Assembly (NCBI GenBank): GCA_016342685.1
Contig: JAEINU010000001.1
Coordinates: forward strand, 824,169-888,168
Length of the DNA stretch: 64,000 bases
Reading direction: 5' to 3'
From: Bacteroidales bacterium
GTDB taxonomy: Bacteria > Bacteroidota > Bacteroidia > Bacteroidales > UBA12077
In this document: one piece after another, positions 26,289-35,884 of the stretch
How positions within the stretch are numbered: the first letter of the stretch is position 1
Layout: the number at the start of each line of letters is the position of its first letter
Position numbers and translations under genes: made by a program
The notes under the pieces: generated by a model
Seen by the model: the letters and a program-made list of their open reading frames with translations, nothing else
Databases searched by the model: none
What the model was told of the DNA's origin: nothing

Positions 26289-28373
26289 TTATTCTTTATT
26301 TGTTAAATATTCATAAATGTAACCATAAAATTGAGCTGTTTCTCTTACATTATTGAATAAACCAACAGATCCATTATGACCTGCTCTTTTAATTGTTTTT
26401 AGTAAAATTGGATTTTTTTGAGCAGCTCTATTCTGTAATTTTGCTGCGAATTTGTATGAATGAAAAGGAGGCACCCTTTCGTCATTTTCTGATGTAATAA
26501 TAAGCATCCCAGGATAATTAATATTCTCTTTGACATTGTGAAGAGGTGAATAACTTAACAGATTAACAAAATCAGTAGAATCAGAAACAGTACCAAATTC
26601 ATCAATGTGGAAGTTTCCTACGGTAAATTTTTCAAAACGAAGCATATCAAATACTCCAACAACAGGAACGGCAAGTTTAAATAAATCAGGACGCTGAATA
26701 GCTGAGGCGCCAACGACTAAACCACCATTAGATCCTCCGGTTATAGCTAATTTATTTGGATTGGTATATTTATTTTGGATTAGATATTCGGCTGCAGAAA
26801 TAAAATCATCAAAGGAATTCTGTTTGTTTTCGCCACGTCCATCTTGATGCCATGAATAACCATTATCGCCACCTCCTCTAACATTTGCATATGCTATTAC
26901 TCCACCTTTATTTAAAAAATAAACTATGCCAGGATCAAAATGGGGTTGTACAATAGAACCAAATCCTCCATACGCTTTTAATATAGTTGGATTATTTCCA
27001 TCAAGTTTAATATCATTATTGTGAATCAAAAACATTGGTACTTTAGTACTGTCTTTAGAATAATATTCAATTTCGGTATATTCAATATTGTCAGAATCGA
27101 AAGTCGCATAAGGGTTCTGTATTAGAGTTCTTTCATAGTCATTTATATCTAGTTTGTAAACTATAGGTGGAATCGTATAGGATGTAAAATAAAAGATTAA
27201 CTCATTATCATTAAAATTGCCATAAAATCCACTTACGGAGGTTGCAATTGGCAATTCCAAAGTGTAAAGTGGATTTCTATTGTAATCATAAACAATAATT
27301 ATTGGACGTTGATTATACTGATATATTGCAATTATTTTTTCTTTTAAAGGTTTTATATCTAATAGAATTGCTTTTTCATATTCGGGAATAAGAACCTTTA
27401 AATTATAGGGCTCCATTGGATTCAGTTCAATTACATAATTGTTGTTGGAATTTAAATTCGTAGTTGCAATTAGTTTTCCATTTCTGCTTTCAACTATATT
27501 TAAATTATCTGATAGGTTCATTAATAACGGTTTTAAATCCGCATTTGGAGATGCATAGTCGATATAGAAAATATTTATTTTACCTGATTTTTCATTAATC
27601 TCTTTTAAGATAAAGAACCTTTCATCGGAAGTAACAGTATATTTAAACTGAGTTTGATGATTTTTTCTTTCAAAGATCAATTTATCTTCACTTTGATTAG
27701 TTCCAATTTTATGATAAAAAATTTTCTCTCCGAATGTTGGAGAAAATTTATCTAATTTTGGGTATTTAGAATAAAAAAAACCATTTTCTTTCCATACTAT
27801 ATTTGAAAATTTTATGTTTATTAGATGATCTTTTAATTCTTTTTTAGTATCTAGATTTACAATTTTAATTTCGGTCCAGTCACTTCCGTTTCGGTTAAAT
27901 TGATACGATAAATATTCTGAATTTTTAGATACCCAATATCCTTTGATTCTTATTTTATCTTTACTCGATATGAAGTTAGGGTCAATTAGAAGTTTTAACC
28001 GTTGATTTATTTTGGCCTTGTAAAATAATGCTGGCACACCTAAATTATCATAATACGCATATGTAAAGTAATATTTTCCCTTTTTTATTGGTGTTGTGTA
28101 TTTAGTATCAAAATATTTATCTATTGTATTAAATGCCTTATTTTTTGTACTACCTTTTTTTAATTCCTTTTTTGATAGTTTGTTTTGGGAATTAATCCAA
28201 TTTCTTACTTCTATATTATCAATATCTTCAAGCCAACGGTACTCATCTTTAATAATAAAATCCTTATAAAAAGTATCTATTACTGAAACTTTTTTTGTTG
28301 TTGGATATTGGTTTTCTTGACAATTAGAATTGAGGAATGTAAATAGAAGGGCTAATAAAAATAGGTTTCTCAT
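26289..28373 (-). CDS. S9A prolyl oligopeptidase family serine peptidase (secreted), paralogue 1
   Basis: Signal peptide; beta-propeller N-domain; catalytic GGSNGGL nucleophile motif; Asp and His (AGHNG) in the C-terminal alpha/beta-hydrolase domain. Confidence 0.85.
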   Translation of the reverse strand: MRNLFLLALLFTFLNSNCQENQYPTTKKVSVIDTFYKDFIIKDEYRWLEDIDNIEVRNWINSQNKLSKKELKKGSTKNKAFNTIDKYFDTKYTTPIKKGKYYFTYAYYDNLGVPALFYKAKINQRLKLLIDPNFISSKDKIRIKGYWVSKNSEYLSYQFNRNGSDWTEIKIVNLDTKKELKDHLINIKFSNIVWKENGFFYSKYPKLDKFSPTFGEKIFYHKIGTNQSEDKLIFERKNHQTQFKYTVTSDERFFILKEINEKSGKINIFYIDYASPNADLKPLLMNLSDNLNIVESRNGKLIATTNLNSNNNYVIELNPMEPYNLKVLIPEYEKAILLDIKPLKEKIIAIYQYNQRPIIIVYDYNRNPLYTLELPIATSVSGFYGNFNDNELIFYFTSYTIPPIVYKLDINDYERTLIQNPYATFDSDNIEYTEIEYYSKDSTKVPMFLIHNNDIKLDGNNPTILKAYGGFGSIVQPHFDPGIVYFLNKGGVIAYANVRGGGDNGYSWHQDGRGENKQNSFDDFISAAEYLIQNKYTNPNKLAITGGSNGGLVVGASAIQRPDLFKLAVPVVGVFDMLRFEKFTVGNFHIDEFGTVSDSTDFVNLLSYSPLHNVKENINYPGMLIITSENDERVPPFHSYKFAAKLQNRAAQKNPILLKTIKRAGHNGSVGLFNNVRETAQFYGYIYEYLTNKE

Positions 28374-28405
28374 TTTCTCATTTTTTATACTAAAATAACT
28401 AAAAA

Positions 28406-28972
28406 TTACATCATTTCAGATTTTTTATTTTGAGAACATCTATCAATAACAATAGCAATCCTTTTTTCTCTAGTTTCTATTCGTTTAGCATTTGTTACCC
28501 AGTTTATGTATTGGTTCTGATATGATTTAGCGAAATTCGAAAAGTTCATCCATGCTTTTTCATCTGCTTTTAATGCTTTTTCCAAATAACTTGGTAATTC
28601 AACATCTTTTTGAGTTGTATATGCTTTTTCCCACTGACCATTCTTTTTGGCAATATCAACTTGTTCCATTCCAGCCTTTGTCATTTTATTTTCACTTATC
28701 AGTTTTTTAACCCGATTCTTATTTATAAGTGACCACATGCTTTTAGCTTTTCTTGGAGTGTATTTTTGCATATATGTTTCCTTATCAATACTTTTTACGG
28801 TACTATCAATCCATCCATAACATAAAGCTTCTTCAACGGCATCGTTGTAAGAGACAGTTTCCTTTTTCGTGTGTTTTTTGAAATAGATGAGCCAAATAAT
28901 ATTGGTTGATTTATAATTTTGTTCTAACCAAGCCCTCCACTCATCTCTATTTTTACAGTATATTGTTTCCAC
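28406..28972 (-). CDS. YdeI/OmpD-associated (bacteriocin-protection) family protein
   Basis: Conserved N-terminus W..WL..N......IWL.YFKK and EEALCYGWIDS motif; 188 aa. Confidence 0.65.
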   Translation of the reverse strand: METIYCKNRDEWRAWLEQNYKSTNIIWLIYFKKHTKKETVSYNDAVEEALCYGWIDSTVKSIDKETYMQKYTPRKAKSMWSLINKNRVKKLISENKMTKAGMEQVDIAKKNGQWEKAYTTQKDVELPSYLEKALKADEKAWMNFSNFAKSYQNQYINWVTNAKRIETREKRIAIVIDRCSQNKKSEMM

Positions 28973-29068
28973 AATTTAAATGATTATTAGTGATCCAAAT
29001 TATGAAATTTGAATCACTAAAAAAAGCGCAACCAGTAATTGTTGCGCTTAGATTTAATTTGAAATTAA

Positions 29069-31153
29069 TTAGTTATGTTCAGTCAGATATTTATAAATAT
29101 ATCCATAAAACTCCGAAGTCTCCTTAACATCTTTAAATATTCCTATTGAACCAGAATGCCCGGCATTTTTTATTACTTTCAATAATATTGGATTTTTTTG
29201 GGCATCTCGATTCTGAAGTTTTGCAACAAATTTGTACGAATGAAAAGGAGGCACCCTTTCGTCATTTTCTGAAGTAATAATAAGCATCCCAGGATAATTA
29301 ATATTCTCTTTGATATTATGAAGAGGTGAATAACTTAACAGATTAACAAAATCAGTAGAATCAGAAACAGTACCAAATTCATCAACATGTAAATTACCTA
29401 CGGTGAATTTTTCAAATCTTAACATATCGAATACACCTACAACTGGCACTACCAGCTTGTACAGCTCAGGTCTTTGAATTGCTGATGCAGCAACAATTAA
29501 ACCACCATTTGATCCTCCAGTTATAGCTAATTTATTTGAATTTGTATAATTATTTTTTATTAAGTATTCAGCCGCAGAGTTAAAATCATTAAAAGAATTT
29601 TGTTTATTTTCTCTTCTTCCCTTATTATGCCATTCATGTCCAAAAACACCACTACCTCTTATTTTGGTATACGCCAAAACACCACCATTCTTAATAAAAT
29701 AAATAATACCTGGCTCATAATGTGGCTGAACAATTGATCCAAAACCTCCATATGTTTTAAGTAAAGTTGGATTATCACCATTCAATTCTAAATCTTTATG
29801 ATAGATTAGAAACATGGGAATAACTGTACTATCAGAAGAAAGGTATTCAACTTCTTTGTAAACGATATCTTCGAAATCAAATGTTACCGAGGTATGTTGA
29901 AGCAATTTCCTTTCGAACGTTTGTATGTTAAATTTATAAACTACTGGGGGAAGAGTGTAAGAAGTAAAATAAAACAAAAGTTCAGTATCATCTATATTTC
30001 CATTGAAACCACCTATGGAAGTTGCAATGGGCATTTCAAGAGAGTATAATAAATTTCCATCAAAATCATACACGGTAATAATTGGTCTTTGATTTTTTTG
30101 ATAAATGGCTATAATCTTTTCCTGTAGAATTTTAGTTTCTATTAATACGGATTTCTCGTAAGGTGGTATTATCTCTTTTATATTAAAAGGATTTAATGGA
30201 TCAATTTCGACAATAAAACCTGTATTTGAATTTAAATTTGTACTTGCAATTAGCTTCCCATTTCTACTTTCAAGAATATTAAAATCATCCTTTAAATTCA
30301 TTAAAAGTGGTTTTAATGTAGGATTATCTGATTTATAATCAATGTAAAATATATTTCTTTTTCCTAGGTCTTCATAATCTTCTTTAAGAATAAAGAATCT
30401 TTCATTCGAACTTACGGTAAATTGAAAATCAATTTTAGGATTATTTCTTTTGAAAATTAATTTATCTTCATCTTGATGTTTACCTATTTCATGATAGTAT
30501 ATTTTTTCTCCCAGTGTTGGAGAAAATTTATCTGCTTTGGGATATTTTGAATAGAAAAATCCATTTCCTAACCATTCAATATTTGAGAATTTTATATCTG
30601 TTAAATGATCTTTTAAGTGTATTCCTGTTTTTAGGTTTATAACTTTAACTTCAGCCCAATCACTGCCATTTCTGTCAAATTGATAAGCTAAATATTTTGA
30701 ATCTTTAGACACCGAATAAGCCTTTAATGTAATTTGGTCTTGTTTTGAGATAAAATTTGGATCAACTAAAATTTCTCCAGGTTGATTTAAGTTTGTTTTG
30801 TAAAATAAAGCAGGTAACCCGACCACATTATAATATGCATAGGAGAAATAATACTTACCTTTTTTAACTGGTCTTGAATATTTTGTGTATGAATATTTAT
30901 CGATATTTTTAAAAGCTTGATTTTTATTTATAGCCTTTTGTAACTGTTTTTTAGATATTTTATTTTGCTCATTTATCCAAATTTTAACTTCTTCATTATT
31001 TATATCTTCCATCCATCTGAATCCATCTTCTACAATATAAGCATTAAAAAATGTATCAATAACAGGAATTTCTCTAGCAAAAGGAAATTCAATTTCTTGG
31101 CTAAATATATTATTTGCAATTAATAATAAGGTAAACAAAAATATTTTTCTCAT
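29069..31153 (-). CDS. S9A prolyl oligopeptidase family serine peptidase (secreted), paralogue 2
   Basis: About 65% identical to 26289-28373 over the full length; GGSNGGL motif; signal peptide. Confidence 0.85.
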   Translation of the reverse strand: MRKIFLFTLLLIANNIFSQEIEFPFAREIPVIDTFFNAYIVEDGFRWMEDINNEEVKIWINEQNKISKKQLQKAINKNQAFKNIDKYSYTKYSRPVKKGKYYFSYAYYNVVGLPALFYKTNLNQPGEILVDPNFISKQDQITLKAYSVSKDSKYLAYQFDRNGSDWAEVKVINLKTGIHLKDHLTDIKFSNIEWLGNGFFYSKYPKADKFSPTLGEKIYYHEIGKHQDEDKLIFKRNNPKIDFQFTVSSNERFFILKEDYEDLGKRNIFYIDYKSDNPTLKPLLMNLKDDFNILESRNGKLIASTNLNSNTGFIVEIDPLNPFNIKEIIPPYEKSVLIETKILQEKIIAIYQKNQRPIITVYDFDGNLLYSLEMPIATSIGGFNGNIDDTELLFYFTSYTLPPVVYKFNIQTFERKLLQHTSVTFDFEDIVYKEVEYLSSDSTVIPMFLIYHKDLELNGDNPTLLKTYGGFGSIVQPHYEPGIIYFIKNGGVLAYTKIRGSGVFGHEWHNKGRRENKQNSFNDFNSAAEYLIKNNYTNSNKLAITGGSNGGLIVAASAIQRPELYKLVVPVVGVFDMLRFEKFTVGNLHVDEFGTVSDSTDFVNLLSYSPLHNIKENINYPGMLIITSENDERVPPFHSYKFVAKLQNRDAQKNPILLKVIKNAGHSGSIGIFKDVKETSEFYGYIYKYLTEHN

Positions 31154-31274
31154 TTTATTTAGTTTTTTAAATTAACGTGAATTTAAAAAAAGATAGACAG
31201 TTTACAAGGACAAAAAACAATAAAAAAAAGTGCAACTGTTTAGTTGCACTTTTTTTATCAATGACGATTATTAA

Positions 31275-32726
31275 TTAGTCTTTTTTATCATTCTTCTTTT
31301 TCGGAATCTCTTTTATTTCTTCTTGCTTTATTTCCTGAACATCAGAAATTGTTTCATCCTTCTTTTTTGTTCCTTTTAAATAATCAGGTAATTCCATACC
31401 AGCCATTTTAAATAGTTCTTCGAAAGGAGGAATTGATCCAAGCATTCCAGATAGGAAGTTAGCCGAAGTAGGAGAGTTTCCATCTTTTCCACCACTCATG
31501 TTATCCCAAACAGTAATCTTATCAATTTTAAGATTCTTAATAGCTTCGACTTGAGTTTTAACTAATTCAGGTAATTTGTCAGCAATCATCATCATTACTG
31601 CACTTTGAGCATCGTCACCAGTAGCATTTACAAGTTTCTGGAAACCTTCTGCTTGTTTACTAAGAATCTCATACATACCTTTACCTTCAGCTGCCATTTT
31701 CATAAATATTGCATCTGCATCACCTTTAGCATGACGACGGGTTTGTTCAGCTATTGCTTCAGCCGCAATCTCAATCTTTTCTTTATCGATTTGAGCTGGT
31801 ACAACAATGTTTGCTGTTTGTGTTGCTTTATCCCTTTGTGCTCTTACTTCTTCGGCTTTTCTTTCCGCAGAATAAGCTTCTTCTAATGCTTTCGCCTGAG
31901 TTACTTTTTCAGCGGCTACAGCTTTACGTTCTGCTTCAGCTTCCATCTCACGACGCGTAGCGTCTGAGTTGGCGATTGTAATTTTCGCATTATTTTCACC
32001 TTCAACAGCAGTAGCATCTGCAGCAGCAACGTTTACACGTTGATCCTGATGAGCATTTGCTTCACCAATTGCTCCATCACGATTCTTCTCAGATACACTT
32101 TTCTTTGCATCATTTATCGCTTTTGCGGCAGCCTCTTTACCTAAAGCTTCAATATAACCCGATTCATCGTTAATGTCGGTTACGTTTACGTTAATAAGCT
32201 TTAAACCAATTTTCTTAAGTTCAGCTTCAACGTTCGAAGAAACGGCAGCTAAGAATTTATCTCTATTACTGTTAATTTCTTCAATATCCATTGTTGCAAC
32301 TACTAAACGCAACTGACCAAAGATGATATCTTTTGCTAAATTGTTAACATCATCTTGTGAGAGTCCTAATAAACGTTCAGCAGCATTGGTCATTACTCCG
32401 GGTTCTGTTGAAATACCAACAGTAAATCTCGAAGGAACATCAACACGAATATTTTGCTTACTTAAAGCGCTTGTTAAGTTAATTTCAATAGAAATAGGAG
32501 TAAGGTCAAGATATGAATAATCTTGAATTATTGGCCATATAAATGCCGCTCCACCATGAATACATTTTGCTGAACGAGATTCGGCATCAATACCTTTACC
32601 GACTTTACCATAAATAACTAAAATCCTGTCCGAAGGGCAACGTCTATATCTCCTAAAAAAGGAAACGATTAGTACGAAAACGAAAATGACTGCCGCAACG
32701 ACAAGTAAAACAATGTATTGTCCCAT
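31275..32726 (-). CDS. Flotillin-like SPFH/band-7 domain membrane protein
   Basis: N-terminal TM (YIVLLVVAAVIFVFVLIVSFF); SPFH domain; long Ala/Glu-rich coiled-coil flotillin region; partnered with the NfeD-like gene. Confidence 0.8.
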   Translation of the reverse strand: MGQYIVLLVVAAVIFVFVLIVSFFRRYRRCPSDRILVIYGKVGKGIDAESRSAKCIHGGAAFIWPIIQDYSYLDLTPISIEINLTSALSKQNIRVDVPSRFTVGISTEPGVMTNAAERLLGLSQDDVNNLAKDIIFGQLRLVVATMDIEEINSNRDKFLAAVSSNVEAELKKIGLKLINVNVTDINDESGYIEALGKEAAAKAINDAKKSVSEKNRDGAIGEANAHQDQRVNVAAADATAVEGENNAKITIANSDATRREMEAEAERKAVAAEKVTQAKALEEAYSAERKAEEVRAQRDKATQTANIVVPAQIDKEKIEIAAEAIAEQTRRHAKGDADAIFMKMAAEGKGMYEILSKQAEGFQKLVNATGDDAQSAVMMMIADKLPELVKTQVEAIKNLKIDKITVWDNMSGGKDGNSPTSANFLSGMLGSIPPFEELFKMAGMELPDYLKGTKKKDETISDVQEIKQEEIKEIPKKKNDKKD

Positions 32727-32878
32727 AATTTTTTTATTTGATTAAATGATTAATTTATACTTAATAAGTACTTAGTTTAAAGTTTCCGAAGTGCCTAAAT
32801 ATTATGAAATTGGTTTTGTTCATTATTTCTTAAACTCTAGGTATTCTAAACTTTGATTCACTCTAAGTATTCTTATCT

Positions 32879-33472
32879 CTATTTACTACTAGGTTTAACA
32901 ACTAGTATTTCATTATTTAAGATTTCTATTACTTCAACAACAGCTCCTGTTTTAATTTCTTCATCATAGTCAGTCATTGCATCTAAGGTTTGTAAGCCTT
33001 GAACTTTAATTTGCACTTTCCCAAAACCATCTCTTTTTGCAGGTATTGGTAGATAAACACTGCCAACTTTTCCAATTGCATTATTCATATTTAAGGTTCC
33101 ATTATCAGTTAATTTACCCATGAAGTAAACTATAGATGCCATAATCGACATCATTACTAAACCAGAAATTGAAGAGATAAGAACTGATTTACCAACACTT
33201 AATCCTCCATCTAAACAAGCAACTCCTGCCCAACCAAAGATTGTGAAAAAAGCAACCAGATTTTTTAAGGTGATAAACTGAAAATCAATTCCGTGATCAC
33301 TGTCAACGGAAACGTCTGAATCTCCATCAGCTTCAATATCATCAATATCTCCCCCAAAAAAGGTTAGAATGATTTGAAGAACAAATAATACCGAAAAGGG
33401 CACTGCAATACACCAATATATCTTTTCAATAAGCTCTAGTGATTGCCATGATTCTGTAATAGTTAATAACAT
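32879..33472 (-). CDS. NfeD/YqiJ-like membrane protein with C-terminal OB-fold (flotillin partner)
   Basis: Two N-terminal TMs, acidic linker, C-terminal beta-rich domain; conserved synteny with the flotillin gene. Confidence 0.6.
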   Translation of the reverse strand: MLLTITESWQSLELIEKIYWCIAVPFSVLFVLQIILTFFGGDIDDIEADGDSDVSVDSDHGIDFQFITLKNLVAFFTIFGWAGVACLDGGLSVGKSVLISSISGLVMMSIMASIVYFMGKLTDNGTLNMNNAIGKVGSVYLPIPAKRDGFGKVQIKVQGLQTLDAMTDYDEEIKTGAVVEVIEILNNEILVVKPSSK

Positions 33473-33574
33473 AGTATATAAGTTAGATTTTGAAGAAGCA
33501 AATTACTATAAATTGCTGAGAATTCAAGGCGTAGTGGAGTTAATAATTGTTAAAATCAGATTAATGTTTTTATT

Positions 33575-33967
33575 TTAGATTTTCTTCGAATCATTCATTG
33601 TTGTTTTTAGCCAATTTAACGCATTGTTTTTTGAGTAAAAGATCTCAATGTGGTAATTAGGCGCTTTAACTAATTCTTTAAAAATCATACTGTAAGCAGT
33701 TTCAATTGGAGCGGTCTGAATAATTGCTACATGAATGAAAGTATACTGTTTAACTATTCTATTTATTAATTCAATTGCCTTAGAAATATTAACATTTGAG
33801 TCTTCAAATTGAGCTTCAATTTCATCTTGAATAATGTATAAAACCTTTGGTAGATTTTTGTTTGAGTAAAGTTTTTCGAAAAAATCAATAATGTCAGAAG
33901 GTCCTATTGTACCTGTATATTTGACATGCAAGATGTTGTCGGACTTATGGAAATGAAAACTTATCAT
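33575..33967 (-). CDS. Hypothetical small protein (possibly STAS/SpoIIAA-like fold)
   Basis: 130-aa ORF with good coding periodicity; no strong motif. Confidence 0.25.
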   Translation of the reverse strand: MISFHFHKSDNILHVKYTGTIGPSDIIDFFEKLYSNKNLPKVLYIIQDEIEAQFEDSNVNISKAIELINRIVKQYTFIHVAIIQTAPIETAYSMIFKELVKAPNYHIEIFYSKNNALNWLKTTMNDSKKI

Positions 33968-33978
33968 TTATTTGGTGT

Positions 33979-34770
33979 TTAATTATTTTTCTTATCAATA
34001 GAAAGTTGCTTGTTCATTATATTTTTAAATCGAGTATTACTTATTGGATTTTCAGCAACCAACAAACCGTTATATAAAATACAGAATGTTCCGAATGCAC
34101 TTGGACTATTTTGGGCATCTGTATAATTTTTCAATTCAATAATTGTTGGTTTGATCTTATATTCTTTTACGGCAGTTTCCGAAATTTCGCTAATCGCTTT
34201 CGTGGTATATGGACACTGATCTGAAGTGATTAGAAATAAGCCCTTTGCATATTTCGAAGCTCTTTTTTTGCAATTGTCATTAAAAGTGGGGGGCTCAGCA
34301 TTATTATTAAATGATTTGAACAATAATTCAAAGTCAGGTTTGGCTGAATCCGCAATCACAAATCCATTCTTAATAAACAAATCTCTGCTTGCCATCCAAG
34401 TTCCTTTTCTTGTAACAACGGCAACTCCAAGCATATTTTGATTTTTAGTATCCTCAATACACGAATCAAGAAGCATTTGTCCAAATCCTTTTCCTTTCAG
34501 ATTCTTAGGTAGAATAAATAAACAGTGAATAAACATATATTTCTTTGCATTTACAGGTCTCCATGCGTAATCACCAGGAATGTATTCAATAGCTCCAACA
34601 GCACCTTTCTCTTCGGAATAAAGAACATTGTATCTCATTCCTTCCTTCATTCTTTCTTGGGTCCATTTAATCTTACGTTGGAAACCTTCAATTTTCGGAT
34701 TTTTGTAACCACACATTCCAAATTCTTTGAGATTTTCAGGATTTGCTTCTATAATTTTTAGCTTTGACAT
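33979..34770 (-). CDS. GNAT family N-acetyltransferase with C-terminal YoaP-like domain
   Basis: GNAT acetyl-CoA motif (LPKNLKGKGFGQMLL). C-terminal Cys-containing module (SDQCPYTT...FGTFCILYNG) resembling the B. subtilis YoaP C-domain. Confidence 0.6.
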   Translation of the reverse strand: MSKLKIIEANPENLKEFGMCGYKNPKIEGFQRKIKWTQERMKEGMRYNVLYSEEKGAVGAIEYIPGDYAWRPVNAKKYMFIHCLFILPKNLKGKGFGQMLLDSCIEDTKNQNMLGVAVVTRKGTWMASRDLFIKNGFVIADSAKPDFELLFKSFNNNAEPPTFNDNCKKRASKYAKGLFLITSDQCPYTTKAISEISETAVKEYKIKPTIIELKNYTDAQNSPSAFGTFCILYNGLLVAENPISNTRFKNIMNKQLSIDKKNN

Positions 34771-34889
34771 TTTATTTAAAGATATTTTTGTATTTTTTTC
34801 TTGAAGCTAGAAGCTAATTGCAAGTAGCTTCTGGCAAGTTCTTCAATAGTTTAAATTATTGGTCAATATTTCACAGATAATTACAAAGC

Positions 34890-35780
34890 TTATTTAACTA
34901 TTTTTCCGCAACATTTTTTATATTTTTTCCCGCTTCCGCAAGGGCAAGGATCATTTCTGTTTATTTCTCCTTTTGATGATTTCTTTAACTTATTTGCCAT
35001 GTTTTGATTAAAGATTTCTTCGAGGAGCAAATATAATTTGGGATGTTTTTGCTTTAATAATTTCGGACGTTCAAAAAAATACTCGCTTATTACTGCAAAG
35101 AATTCTGTTTTATTTGTTGCACCATATGGGTTTATATCGGATTCTCCTTCGTAAATATCTTCAATTTTTTTCTGGATTAAATCAATCCAAGGTAAGGTGT
35201 ATTGTTTGTCGAGCAATAATTCAGGAATACCATCGGTATTCCCATCTGCTTTATCTATTAAATGCACAAACTCATGAATAGCAGTGTTTTTCTTATCTGA
35301 CTCATTCCTAAAACCTAAATGCAGTGCTTGTTTAGAAAGAATCATTTTTCCTTCCATGTAACCAGTTCCTACCATTCCAGCAATTGAACGATTTTCGCCA
35401 TCTGTATCAAAGTTCTCGTTAAATAAACTAGGGTAGAGTAATACTTCTTTTAAATTAAAATATTTCCATTCAGGAAAGGCAAAAATTGGAATAATGGCAC
35501 TAGCTGCAACCAAAATCTTATCAGATTCAACAACAGAAGTATTTACTCCTGTTATTCTAATATTTAATATAAACTCTTGAACTTTAAATTCAAAAAGTAG
35601 CTTTTCTTCAGGAGCCAAACTTTTATAAAAACTAACGTTTTCTAATAAGGTTTTTTTCCAATTTTCCGGAATTTTTTTTGAAGGTTTTCTCCATGTGGTT
35701 CTTTTTTTTAATTTTTTACCTAAAAATATTAAAAATAGTATAATACAGAGTATTATCAGTATAGCAAATAGCTTATTCAT
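34890..35780 (-). CDS. M90 (MtfA-like) zinc metallopeptidase with N-terminal TM and C-terminal SEC-C metal-binding motif
   Basis: TM anchor; HEFVHLID HExxH motif; C-terminal NDPCPCGSGKKYKKCCG identical in pattern to the SecA C-terminal zinc motif. Confidence 0.6.
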   Translation of the reverse strand: MNKLFAILIILCIILFLIFLGKKLKKRTTWRKPSKKIPENWKKTLLENVSFYKSLAPEEKLLFEFKVQEFILNIRITGVNTSVVESDKILVAASAIIPIFAFPEWKYFNLKEVLLYPSLFNENFDTDGENRSIAGMVGTGYMEGKMILSKQALHLGFRNESDKKNTAIHEFVHLIDKADGNTDGIPELLLDKQYTLPWIDLIQKKIEDIYEGESDINPYGATNKTEFFAVISEYFFERPKLLKQKHPKLYLLLEEIFNQNMANKLKKSSKGEINRNDPCPCGSGKKYKKCCGKIVK

Positions 35781-35884
35781 ATTGTGAAATTAAATAATTT
35801 TTTATAATAGATAACTTTTTTGTCTTTTAATAAATAAAAAAATCGGAATTTTGGATTCTGTTTGAATCGCGTAATAATTATTTT

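Noticed and set aside
26289-31153. Possible mobile element or duplication-mediated insertion around the POP paralogues
   Set aside because: No transposase, integrase or terminal inverted repeats were found. The similarity is confined to the coding sequences.
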